From Balanoglossus misakiensis (lineage: Eukaryota; Animalia; Hemichordata), in the NCBI GenBank assembly GCA_040954595.2, contig CM082587.2, positions 5,506,206 to 5,570,205 on the forward strand: 64,000 bases of DNA, given 5' to 3'. A program made the position numbers and the translations under genes. The notes below the pieces were generated by a model that saw only the letters and a list, made by a program, of their open reading frames with translations, was not told the DNA's origin and searched no databases. Below are positions 13,904-26,591 of the stretch, in pieces. Within the stretch, counting starts at the first letter, position 1. Each line of letters opens with the position of its first letter.

Positions 13904-16900
13904 TCACATAAAGACGTGCACACGACCGCTCGAGTTTCCACCGGCGATGATATTCCTTGTTGGGTGGAACACGTTCAGTGAGCACACGGATCCCAAGTTC
14001 TCCTCGTCCCGGAAATTATGAACATTATGGCAGTGTTCGTTGTACACTTCAATCTGGAAAGAGACGCGACAGTGTACGTTACAAAGAATATTCTGGCTGG
14101 GTGATTCAACGGGCTTTGCATCTAGAAAGCAGCAAATGCCTTTCTCTCAACAGTAAGTATGTGTACTTGAATGTTGTGATTAGTGAAAACTGTAAAAGAG
14201 ATAGCAGATAACACATGCAACCGGGACTTCTTAGCATCAGATGCAGTGTAAATCTGACCGAAATACAATGTAGCATTTTTATATAAAAGATAGCAGATAG
14301 CGACTTAGTCCATTGAACCACCACAGAAACTTTGCCTAGCACAACAAACAAGAAACACACCTGTCTGGGTCTCCTCATGCTGCCACAGACGAACACATCC
14401 TCCCTACTGGGATGCCAGACTGCTTTGAAAGGCGTCAGCCAACGTCCAACCTGGTTGTCGTGCCTACCGAATACAATACACAATCACGCTGGTTATTTAG
14501 ATTCAGTTGTCTGAGATTCCACAAAAGTTTGGTAGTTTTGGCACTGAACCGAATTCAATGAGAAGGGTGTTGGACCAAACCATATTGGAGGAAAGGGTTA
14601 GTAACATACCTGACAGACTTTTTGACTTCAGTTTCTACTGTCTTGCTATTTTCTGTTGTTGAGAAGTTCAGTACTCTGAAATCCACAAAATAATATTGGA
14701 ATCTCGAATTAATTAACAATAGTTTAGAAATGTTCTTTTTTCAGATTCTGTAAGTAAGTTCAATAAAAAAACATCCACATGTAAATTGCACAGGGACTGT
14801 AACTAAGTGACTACTATATAGAGTTGGCCACTAACACAGGCTTGACTGTAATTACAATGACTCTTCACCCTTCAACATGACACTGCAAACTGTACCACAG
14901 AAAATTATACACACGACTGCAAAATCTCACCTCAATCTGTCATCGTAAGCTGTGGTCACTATTTTATTGCCAGTCAGGGGTGAGAAGAAGGCTGATGACA
15001 CAGAGCGTGTGTGTGGTACCGACACCAACGCTTTATTGCTCTTGCCACCGCCTTTCATATTCCGGATGTCCCACACAGCCACGGTACTGCATATTTATTT
15101 TTAAAAAAGGATGACAAAATTTATCAATCGTTAAAATCTACTGTTAACAAGGTCGGGAATGTAACAGGAAAATTCTTCAAATACATGTATTGTTTCTCAG
15201 TTCATTGAATCTTGGCCAGCATCTTTCTTTGCCATACATTTTTCATAGTAAACCTCAATATTAATTTTGCATATCTCTGACAATGAACCCCCTCAGAACT
15301 CTGACAGTTGTCATTAAACTTGTAACGACCTTACCTGTCGGTGGAGGCCGTTATCAGATAGTGACGCTGGGTCGGGTGAACACTGACAGTCTTCACGCTG
15401 CGGTTGTGCACAGCGTACACACTCTCCGCTGTTTTCCTGCAATGCAGTCAGAGAAATATAACAAGGTGTGGTGAGACGGGCTTGGGTGTTTGCCAGAGAA
15501 GTGGACAGATCAAACCATAAATGGACTGGGTCCAAGAAAACACAGTTGGAGCCCCGGAGTTCACATCGGTAGATTTGCTCAGCCATACACATTAGAACAG
15601 GCACATGACTATCAGCCACATGCGAACGATTTTACACAACGAATGAACTCCACGCTACCCACCTGTTCGATCTGGTGTCTACAACGGCAATGCAGCCGTC
15701 TCTGTTTGCCATCTGACCAACCACGAGTTCGCTGCCGTCTTCCGACAAGAAATCCAGATAACTGAACCATGCGTCTACGCCATACGTAGTCGAGTACACC
15801 TACATGTATATATATACAGCAGGAGAATTAGCAGTTACAAATTTGCTGCAAGTCTTGGATGAGCAACAGCACCTGAATTCACATGAATCTGTGTCATCGA
15901 AATCGGTGAATATAGATGCAAATATTGAAGAGTGCCTGTAGGAATGAAACATCGCTCTGCAAACCTTACCTCATCAAAGACCATCTTGTTGAAATCCGCA
16001 CACCGAACTGTGCCGTCATAGCTGCACGAGTACAACTTGTCTGGCTGGTGCTTTGGCAGCGCTAAGCAGGAAATGGGTCTGGAGTGGGGTTCAAACTTGT
16101 ACACACCATTGTCCGTGGTCTTCTTATTAGCGTCCTGGTCAAATGAGTAAAATCACAAAATTTAGACCCACGGGGATAATTGTCTTGGACATTTCTTTCA
16201 AAAAGGAAACTGAAAGATACAGTGTTAGGATGACCCCTGTCATTTTAATATGAAGGGTCATTACAGTGGTTAAAATTTGATGGTGGTATTATCTTAGCCA
16301 GCACTGCACATGTTGGTTATTTTACCATTGCAGAAGTCAGATGGATGAACCGTCCTATGCACACACCACCGTCACATTCTCATTCCGCACAGCAAACCTC
16401 AGACTTCTCTTCAACTGACACTAACCCCAGGAATGCACCCCGAGTCATATTACTACTCACCAAGTCCCACAGGCCCAGACTGCCCCACTTGCTCCCTGCA
16501 AAGACCAGCGTCTTGGAGGCGGACGGATGGATGGCAATGGAGAAGATTCTGTCCGGCACCACTTTGGCCACACGGTCCTCGGTGATGGTCATCTTGGCCA
16601 CTTGGCCGACAAACCTGACAAGAGAGAGAAAAAGAGGATTGGGATTTGCAAGGAGAGCTTCCAGGAGAGGCCAGAAGAGATTCTCATTTTCACTGACAGC
16701 TTAAAAGCTGGAAGGTCTCGGGCACATACATGTACATACATGTACATATGTACATTGTAGCTCCTCTTCTAGAGCATCTTCCTTTCAAAGCCTATAAAAC
16801 TCGCACACACCGTTTACAAACAACTCAGAAGGAAAAACAACAAGTGCCGACTCACCTGTCCAACTCTGGCGTGTTCTTACACGGCTTGACTTCAGATTTG

Positions 16901-19537
16901 CAGATTGCAGACACCGTGCGTTCAAAGACTGCGGACTCCTTGGCGTTGCCTATGTTGCTCGGTATCACTTCCATGGGCCCAGCTGGTCTGCGAGGCTAGA
17001 CAAAAAAAAGCATGTACAATCCATGGTTAGCAGTTGCCAGATATGGGTAAGTAAGTTCATACACAGAACACAAGCTTGTTAAAAATTATGTCTGTTAGAG
17101 GACACACTGATTCGTGGAATGGGCTCTGCAATTGTAAATTTGTATTGTCTGATGTAGCTTGGGCATACATATACATGAACCATCAAAATTAAAGTTATAG
17201 TCAGAGCACACCAGCCTGAGGGCCCAACACACATACCTGGTCCAGCTTCATGGACCATTAATTTTATGAAATCTAACATTGGAAATTCTATCCAAAACGT
17301 GGCAAGTTTGGCCTGCACCAACAATGAAACAACGTACATGTATTCATGGCAAGACTAAATAAGCGTGTCAGATGTCAATCATGAGTGGGAGTTTGCACTG
17401 TACATGATCATGATGTGTACCGGTACTCCAAATTATTTAACTGGAAAGTGCTTGGTGGGTAATGTCAATGTACACAAGCCACTAAGTAGTACTATTTGTT
17501 CCTGATATTACATGACTATGTTTGAACCAATCACAAGAACAAGACAAAGCCTTAATGGCCAAAAAACAACAACATTATTCATAGGCAGAAGTACCAAGTA
17601 GAACTGTCTCACACACTTCAAAATTGCATTTCATACAAGGCACTTACATGTCTTTCAACTTCTTGTTCAGGTTCCTTGGACACCTCCGGAATTGGTGTGC
17701 CGTGCGGGTCTAAACCCCGGAGTCGCAGCGATGGAAGTCTCCTTGGCACCGGCTCAGGAGTCTTAGCTTTGATTCTATATTGAACGACACATGTACATAA
17801 ATTATGGTCAGTTCGGTCCAATAGGAAGTTCCAGAAGATTGCTGTCATTTTAGAAAATTCCACCAGGTACATGTACATGTTGGCCAAGGGTTTGGATTAG
17901 GATTGGGGTTAGTGTTCAGGAAGTCAATATGTATGGGGTATTACTACTGCCCTTTAGACTTCGAAAAGGGCATTTTCAGCAGAGTTCAGTGCGACCTTTC
18001 TCTTACCCCTTCAGTCCATTCCTACTGGGCTTCTTCACATCACTCTTGGGCACACCGACTGATTCCTGCAATTTCTCTTTGGCCTATCAGAATAAATGCA
18101 CATGTATTACAAACTAAAGTCATAGCGACAATCTCTATATAGTTGTTTCTGTCCAGGATCTCAGAAGTTCCATGTGGCCACCACAAGAGAAAATCAAAAT
18201 ACCTGAAATATTCCAAGTGATGCAAAAAATTTGGCGTTCTCTTGGATATTCTTCAACCGTCTTCTTTCATAGGTGGATACGCCATCGCCCTCCTGTGTGT
18301 GGATTGAGAGAGTATGTCAGAACAGCAAGCTTATCTTATCAATTATCACAACCTATTTCGATTTGCTTCACAAAGCTACTCATCCTAGTACAGAATGAGG
18401 CAGACATAAAATTTGAAACGATCTACAGCTAAGATTTTTCAAGCTGCTGGTGTAACTGTTTTCATCCAGTTCCAAAAAAACTGACCTCATCATCGGAATT
18501 ACTGCTCAAATCATCAGAATTCATCTCCCCTTTAATTTCCTCCTCCACCTCCTCCTGAATTTCCATGGCAACTTCTGACTCCTTCTTTTCCTCTTTGATA
18601 ACTTTGATTGCACTCTTCTGTGGGATATTCTCAGTTTCAACAATGGCAGTGACAGCTTGGGCAGTACGCATCTTTCTTTTGGATCTTCTCAGCTCGGTTA
18701 GCGCTTTTTCACTCTGCTGGGTTTGGTTTCCAAAAGGAGTTTGATGAGATTATTATAAATGTTCATATCAATTTTGGGGACACCACAGATACAAGTTTCA
18801 CTATTTTTCACAAAGATAATCAATTACTAGTGCAGCTGACGTACTGTGTTGAGCACAGTCAAAACACAGATTTGACACACGATGTACAATAGTCAAGTCT
18901 GTGGTTAAATGAGAAGACGGTTACCAAGGCAACAGCTGACTGATGGGTGACAATCACCTCCATCACTAGACAGGAAGAGCGCCCTCGCTCAGATGTTCAC
19001 AAGCATTGGGGGGGGGGGGGGGGGGGTCTCGCTCTGACTTCATTTGGACTGGGCCCTGGGCATGTTGCTCTACAGTTTCAAAAAAATGAATGCCAGCATT
19101 CATACCATACCTCATTATGATCAACCCTGGATGCAACTTTCTTCACACTTATGTTCCCTGTGTGTTTGTATTTCCATTTCAAAGGAGTGACCACCACTTT
19201 GCTGCTCGGAATTTGCTTCAATATCAAATACTGTAAATACACCACATAATAAACGTATCATGTATGTTCTCTGTGTTAAGGTTTTGTTATAGATAGGTTA
19301 TTATATACACTTGTCTGTTTGTTTGTTGTTTAGGGTAAACATGTTCATTTCTCTTTGCATGATGTCTGTTTCTGGCTTCCCAACATGGTCGGTCAGCAGG
19401 GCCCCTAGTTTAGTTACCAGCTAGTTAATAGTAGTACCTACATCGTTTTCATCTTCTTTCTGTTTTTTAACGGCATTCTGAGGACTGCTGACACTACGGA
19501 CCCTTTTTCTCTTGCTGGATTCTTGCGCACCAATCAT
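13904..19537 (-). CDS. WDR76: WD repeat protein 76 (Cmr1 family), spliced
   Basis: KVVPDRIFSIAIHPS, AGSKWGSLGLWD, LYSCSYDGTVRC, HDNQVGRWLTPFKAVWHP and the C-terminus LGSVCSLNVFHPTRNIIAGGNSSGRVHVFM*. The start ATG at 19537 is inferred, with a probable non-coding exon ending near 19893. Confidence 0.9.
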
Positions 19538-20381
19538 TGCCAATCGAACAAGAGTACCTACATGAAGATACAATACATAGTCAATTTAATGGCACTGATA
19601 TCAAAATATGTCAGTGGGGTCCGAACATAGCATGAGCGCTCGTATGACGTGAAATCGGGAGGTCGTCTAAGCTACTGATTGATCGTTACCTTACAATCAA
19701 TAAAATACATATGTACCAAAATAGCATCTGTAGGTAAAAGCGCCTGTGCTTCCAGCCAGTCTTTGGCGTTGCAAAACAGGAAGCGACCGACAACATAACA
19801 TGTCGACCCAACAGAAACTTTTTTTGTGTGCGTAATCACTGTTAAATAACTTTCTTTTAAAATGCGACAACTGACGATCAACGAGAACTCACCTCAACAA
19901 CTTGACACCGCCGAAATTGGGACTTTATCTAGACACTGAGACAGGCGTTCACGTTTGTTGTTTTGTAATCGTCGCTTACCACGTTGAATAAACGCGCCAG
20001 CTTATGCAACTACTTGAGACCCTCCAAGTTACTAAAAAAAAGAAGTATCTCATTCCAACCTGTGAACACTGTGAATATATCATACGATCTTTGTTGCACT
20101 TATTATTCTCTTTATTTTGAAATAACTCATGTTCGTAATCATTATCATTTCGTGAGTATTGCCAAAATGAAGACCAAAACATGTTACATGTTCTTACTGA
20201 GGCATAGCCATGCCAGGGAGTTTTAGAGACTGCAATTGCCGTAGATGGCGCACTTGTATATGAGAGCGCCATCAAGGTCCCGGGACAGGCCAGGCGTGCA
20301 GACGTTTAACAAAACATACGTCGTGGTCCCCTGCTTTCCCCTGCTACCATGTACAGAAATGTATAAAAAAACATTTGATGA

Positions 20382-20454
20382 AGCCCCATGTGAGATTCGA
20401 ACTCACGACCCCTGGTTTACAAGACCAGTGCTCTAACCACTGAGCTAAGGAGGC
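20382..20454 (-). tRNA. tRNA-Thr(TGT), copy 1 (one C:T mismatch in the acceptor stem)
   Basis: GCCTCCTTAGCTCAGTGGTTAGAGCACTGGTCT-TGT-AAACCAGGGGTCGTGAGTTCGAATCTCACATGGGGC, with a T7 run about 11 nt downstream. Confidence 0.92.
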
Positions 20455-20518
20455 ATCTGTTGCAATAGCTCCAATTTAAATGTAAAGGCGGACAATAACG
20501 GTGATAATGAAATTGCAC

Positions 20519-23500
20519 CATAACCACAATGATCTATAAATTTTCTCAGCGGTGCGATTTAGAGTTCACTTGGGCAAGTCTGAATACGGAGTGCTCAGGA
20601 GAGAGAAGGATAAACTCGCTAAAACCGCAGCGGGGCGAATAAGAGTTCCCTGCATGTTTCTTATACCCGACAGATAAAAAAAACGCAGAGTAGATATTCA
20701 AATGAATTGGATTTATGAAAATGATAAAAATTACAATGATAATGTCGTTAAAAGTTCTCAAAAAAAAAAAAAGAAATAGAAAAAAGTGGTCTCGAACCAG
20801 CATGCAGTTAACACCTTCAGGTAAAAGGCTAGCCTTCCTGAACCCTTCGCCATCACGACGTGTACACGAAAGTCGGAAAATTACCGCACTATATTGCAGC
20901 ATAACTCCAATGATCTTATTTGCACCGCAGCGGTGCAAATTCTTATTTGCACCGCAGCGGTGCAAATAAGAGTTCCCTGCACCACCGCGGTGCGAATAAG
21001 AGTTCCCCGCCCCGAACGATCTGACCGTTCTTTATTCACTCCTCGGCGACAAAAACGTTTTATTACGGCCTAAATAACGACTTTTTCGCTCCTTGGTTGG
21101 TCATGAGGACGGAAAGACACGGTTTCAGCGAGTTTATTTTCTCTCTGCTGAGCGCTCCGTATTCAGACTTGCCCAAGTGAACCGCGACAAAAAAAAATGA
21201 CCAAGTTTCCCTGCGTGTTTCTTATACCCGACAGATAAAAAACGCAGAGTAGATATTGAAATGAATTGGATTTATGAAAATGATAAAAATTACAATGATA
21301 ATGTCGTTAAAAGTTCTCAAAAAAATGAAAGAGAAAAAATAGTGGTCTCGAACCAGCATCAGTTGACACCTTCAGGTAAAAGGCTAGCCTTCCTGAACCC
21401 TTCGCCATCACGACGTGTACACGAAAGTCGGAAAATTACCGCACTATATTGCAGCATAACTCCAATGATCTTATTTGCACCGCAGCGGTGCAAATTCTTA
21501 TTTGCACCGCAGCGGTGCAAATAAGAGTTCCCTGCACCGCCGCGGTGCGAATAAGAGTTCCCCGCCCCGAACGATCTGACCGTTCTTTATTCACTCCTCG
21601 GCGACAAAAACGTTTTATTACGGCCTAAATAACGACTTTTTCGCTCCTTGGTTGGTCATGAGGACGGAAAGACACGGTTTCAGCGAGTTTATTTTCTCTC
21701 TGCTGAGCGCTCCGTATTCAGACTTGCCCAAGTGAACCGCGACAAAAAAATGACCAAGTTTCCCTGCGTGCTTCTTATACCCGACAGATAAAAAACACAG
21801 AGTACATATTGAAATGAATTGGATTTATGAAAATGATAAAAATTACAATGATAATGTCGTTAAAAGTTCTCAAAAAAAGAAATAGAAAAAAAAGGTGGTC
21901 TCGAACCAACATCAGTTGACACTTTCAGGTAAAAGGCTAGCCTTCCTGAACCCTTCGCCATCACGACGTGTACACGAAATCGGAAAATTACCGCACTATA
22001 TTGCAGCATAACTCCAATGATCTTATTTGCACCGCAGCGGTGCAAATTCTTATTTGCACCGCAGCGGTGCAAATAAGAGTTCCCTGCACCGCCGCGGTGC
22101 GAATAAGAGTTCCCCGCCCCGAACGATCTGACCGTTCTTTATTCACTCCTCGGCGACAAAAACGTTTTATTACGGCCTAAATAACGACTTTTTCGCTCCT
22201 TGGTTGGTCATGAGGACGGAAAGACACGGTTTCAGCGAGTTTATTTTCTCTCTGCTGAGCGCTCCGTATTCAGACTTGCCCAAGTGAACCGCGACAAAAA
22301 AATGATCAAGTTTCCCTGCGTGTTTCTTATACCCGACAGATAAAAAACGCAGAGTAGATATTGAAATGAATTGGATTTATGAAAATGATAAAAAATACAA
22401 TGATAATGTCGTTAAAAGTTCTCAAAAAAATGAAAGAGAAAAAAAAGTGGTCTCGAACCAGCATCAGTTGACACCTTCAGGTAAAAGGATAGCCTTCCTG
22501 AACCCTTCGCCATCACGACGTGTACACGAAAGTCGGAAAATTATCGCACTATATTGCAGCATAACTCCAATGATCTTATTTGCACCGCAGCGGTGCAAAT
22601 TCTTATTTGCACCGCAGCGGTGCAAATAAGAGTTCCCTGCACCGCCGCGGTGCGAATAAGAGTTCCCCGCCCCGAACGATCTGACCGTTCTTTATTTACT
22701 CCTCGGCGACAAAAACGTTTTATTACGGCCTAAATAACGACTTTTTCGCTCCTTGGTTGGTCATGAGGACGGAAAGACACGGTTTCAGCGAGTTTATTTT
22801 CTCTCTGCTGAGCGCTCCGTATTCAGACTTGCCCAAGTGAACCGCGACAAAAAAAATGACCAAGTTTCCCTGCGTGCTTCTTATACCCGACAGATAAAAA
22901 ACACAGAGTACATATTGAAATGAATTGGATTTATGAAAATGATAAAAATTACAATGATAATGTCGTTAAAAGTTCTCAAAAAAAGAAATAGAAAAAAAGG
23001 TGGTCTCGAACCAACATCAGTTGACACTTTCAGGTAAAAGGCTAGCCTTCCTGAACCCTTCGCCATCACGACGTGTACACGAAAGTCGGAAAATTATCGC
23101 ACTATATTGCAGCATAACTCCAATGATCTTATTTGCACCGCAGCGGTGCAAATAAGAGTTCCCTGCACCGCCGCGGTGCGAATAAGAGTTCCCCGCCCCG
23201 AACGATCTGACCGTTCTTTATTCACTCCTCGGCGACAAAAACGTTTTATTACGGCCTAAATAACGACTTTTTCGCTCCTTGGTTGGTCATGAGGACGGAA
23301 AGACACGGTTTCAGCGAGTTTATTTTCTCTCTGCTGAGCGCTCCGTATTCAGACTTGCCCAAGTGAACCGCGACAAAAAAATGACCAAGTTTCCCTGCGT
23401 GTTTCTTATACCCGACAGATAAAAAACACAGAGTACATATTGAAATGAATTGGATTTATGAAAATGATAAAAATTACAATGATAATGTCGTTAAAAGTTC

Positions 23501-24768
23501 TCAAAAAAAAGAAATAGAAAAAAAGGTGGTCTCGAACCAACATCAGTTGACACTTTCAGGTAAAAGGCTAGCCTTCCTGAACCCTTCGCCATCACGACGT
23601 GTACACGAAAGTGGGAAAATTACCGCACTATATTGCAGCATAACTCCAATGATCTTATTTGCACCGCAGCGGTGCAAATTCTTATTTGCACCGCAGCGGT
23701 GCAAATAAGAGTTCCCTGCACCGCCGCGGTGCGAATAAGAGTTCCCCGCCCCGAACGATCTGACCGTCCTTTATTCACTCCTCGGCGACAAAAACGTTTT
23801 ATTACGGCCTAAATAACGACTTTTTCGCTCCTTGGTTGGTCATGAGGACGGAAAGACACGGTTTCAGCGAGTTTATTTTCTCTCTGCTGAGCGCTCCGTA
23901 TTCAGACTTGCCCAAGTGAACCGCGACAAAAAAATGACCAAGTTTCCCTGCGTGCTTCTTATACCCGACAGATAAAAAACGCAGAGTAGATATTGAAATG
24001 AATTGGATTTATGAAAATGATAAAAAATACAATGATAATGTCGTTAAAAGTTCTCAAAAAAATGAAAGAGAAAAAAAAGTGGTCTCGAACCAGCATCAGT
24101 TGACACCTTCAGGTAAAAGGGTAGCCTTCCTGAACCCTTCGCCATCACGACGTGTACACGAAAGTCGGAAAATTACCGCACTATATTGCAGCATAACTCC
24201 AATGATCTTATTTGCACCGCAGCGGTGCAAATAAGAGTTCCCTGCACCGCCGCGGTGCGAATAAGAGTTCCCCGCCCCGAACGATCTGACCGTTCTTTAT
24301 TCACTCCTCGGCGACAAAAACGTTTTATTACGGCCTAAATAACGACTTTTTCGCTCCTTGGTTGGTCATGAGGACGGAAAGACACGGTTTCAGCGAGTTT
24401 ATTTTCTCTCTGCTGAGCGCTCCGTATTCAGACTTGCCCAAGTGAACCGCGACAAAAAAATGACCAAGTTTCCCTGCGTGCTTCTTATACCCGACAGATA
24501 AAAAACACAGAGTACATATTGAAATGAATTGGATTTATGAAAATGATAAAAATTACAATGATAATGTCGTTAAAAGTTCTCAAAAAAATGAAAGAGAAAA
24601 AAAAGTGGTCTCGAACCAGCATCAGTTGACACCTTCAGGTAAAAGGCTAGCCTTCCCGAACCCTTCGCCATCACGATGTGTACACGAAAAAGTCGGAAAT
24701 TTACCGCACTATATTGCAGCATAACCACAATGATCTATAAATTTTCTCAGCGGTGCGAATTAGAGTTC
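20519..24768. repeat. Tandem array of eight 525-559-bp units with palindromic 27-bp subrepeats and a tRNA-like cassette
   Basis: The anchor ATGAATTGGATTTATG occurs at 20702, 21261, 21814, 22366, 22920, 23445, 23998 and 24524. A 49-bp direct repeat bounds both ends. Confidence 0.97.
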
Positions 24769-25253
24769 TTTGCATCATGTATGTTCTTTCTGCGAAGCTT
24801 TGCTTTGGTTCTCCTTCTGTACAAACTTTAAAGAGAAAGTTCTGGCGCTCGCTATCAGGCATATATACACGTTATGTCCTCCCATCTGCGTCTACTTCGT
24901 ATAACCGAAGTTCTGTTTGAAGAGAGATAATAGTAGGCCTATTGCAAAATGACAGAGTGAGCTTCTTCTGTCTGTGGTAAAATACAGTACATGTAATACA
25001 GACATATGTTATACCATAGGAAGTCTACTGTCTATGGTATAAAACATGTAATACATAGTAATATAGTAATAAGACGTGTGATCATACAGCAAGAAAAATC
25101 GAAAGCGTACAACATTACCTATAAGCTTATTTAAAAATGTTTCATTGTGCAACGTAACACATAACCGAACGTATGTTTACATTTTACGCAAATACAAGCG
25201 TCAGATAAAATAACAGGCGAAATGTCGCGTCCTATCACAAAAATACTTAAATC

Positions 25254-25326
25254 AGCCCCCTGTGAGGTTCGAACTCACGACCCCTGGTTTACAAGACCAG
25301 TGCTCTAACCACTGAGCTAAGGAGGC
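25254..25326 (-). tRNA. tRNA-Thr(TGT), copy 2
   Basis: Complete cloverleaf, fully paired acceptor stem GCCTCCT/AGGGGGC, T5 terminator at ~25239-25243. Confidence 0.96.
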
Positions 25327-25497
25327 AGTTATTGACGCACTTTTGCATTTATTTTATAACCTGTCGCTTCTAATTGTTTCTAACAATAAAGGTGATAATT
25401 AGTGCAGCCATGATGAAGTATATCAACCGCCGCGCCAGAGCCCAATATGTACACTGTCAGAGTTTTAATTGAAGCCCGGTGGCAGTAATATGTATTA

Positions 25498-25690
25498 TTA
25501 AAGGTATACAGTCACCTATGCAAATTTAGATACAGTTACCATAGCAAATTGAGATCTAGCCAATCACAGATTTTCAGTGGGTGGCACACGCGCAAAAAAG
25601 AGCGCCACCATATGTTCTTTAGAACACTCAAATACGCCATTTCTGACATATATGGGCGTATGTAAATTGGAGGTGACAGTATACCTTTAA
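25498..25690. mobile_element. MITE with TTAA flanks (Kolobok-like)
   Basis: TTAAAGGTATACAGTCACCT ... AGGTGACAGTATACCTTTAA, a 19/20 inverted match. Confidence 0.8.
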
Positions 25691-26591
25691 TGTACAGGAA
25701 TTGATTTCCACAGCTAATACTCAACCAGTCCTATGCTTCAGTATCCCAGGTGCCCAATGACGCCATAATGTTCACTGAATGTCTTGATTTTTTTTAAATA
25801 GCGGCTACACATTTCGCTTGATTGTAACAGATCATGTAATCTCTTCTTTTTCCGCGTCAAGAAAGCTAGGATTAATTGGATTAAGTACATGCTAAATGAT
25901 TACTCTACCCTATTTGCCCATTTACGAGAGTAGACATATGGATAACGGCTTTTTGTATAGGAAGAATATTCTATTCTTGGCAGATTTCTATAAACGAAAT
26001 AACCCTGGCATGACCAATCCATATAAAAGCAAGCTCTCTCCATCACCATAATGAGGTATTATAGTCACGTGGTTTACACACCTATTTTCACGCGACTCGA
26101 GCTCGCTAAAGCGTCTTTTAAAACTCTCCAGTCAGTACAAACGCTATCACTTCGGAGATAGGCTCTGATTCTTTCCGATGACGTGTGTGATGCAAGGAAA
26201 GCTGAACGAAGGCGACCGGTTATTTGATTCGCCTGCAGTCGGCGAGAGAGACCAGCACAGCGGCTCCCCTCGTGCTTAAATGCGTCGAGCGGACGACTAT
26301 TTTTCACATTTCTCACCGGCCACAAATGCCGTGTAAACGTCGCCAGTTATTCTGTTATGGTGCGTCGTGCGATCACTGATCTGTCGTAGACTGTAGTGCT
26401 GCCGCGGTCTTCTCACCAACGGATGCGCATCGAATGCACGCACCCGAGTGCAAAGATCGGTTTTGGCTCCGAAACGCAAAGTTTACAAAAGGAATGAATA
26501 AGGAACCAGTGTGGTGCGCATCGGACTAAATGAGGTGATATTATCGATTTTTGCTTTTTATTGCGTCGTTTGAGTCAACCTAAGTCCTGCG

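Noticed and set aside
19905-19920. E2F site in the WDR76 promoter
   Set aside because: TTTCGGCG deviates from the TTTSSCGC consensus
20911-24280. Palindromic 27-bp repeats as a CRISPR array
   Set aside because: No unique spacers (the intervening sequence is itself repeated), no cas genes, eukaryotic context
20546-24724. Repeated 66-139-aa ORFs (MNWIYEND..., MHRCGANK...)
   Set aside because: Frames shift with A-tract length between units and no domain is recognisable, so they are by-products of the repeat
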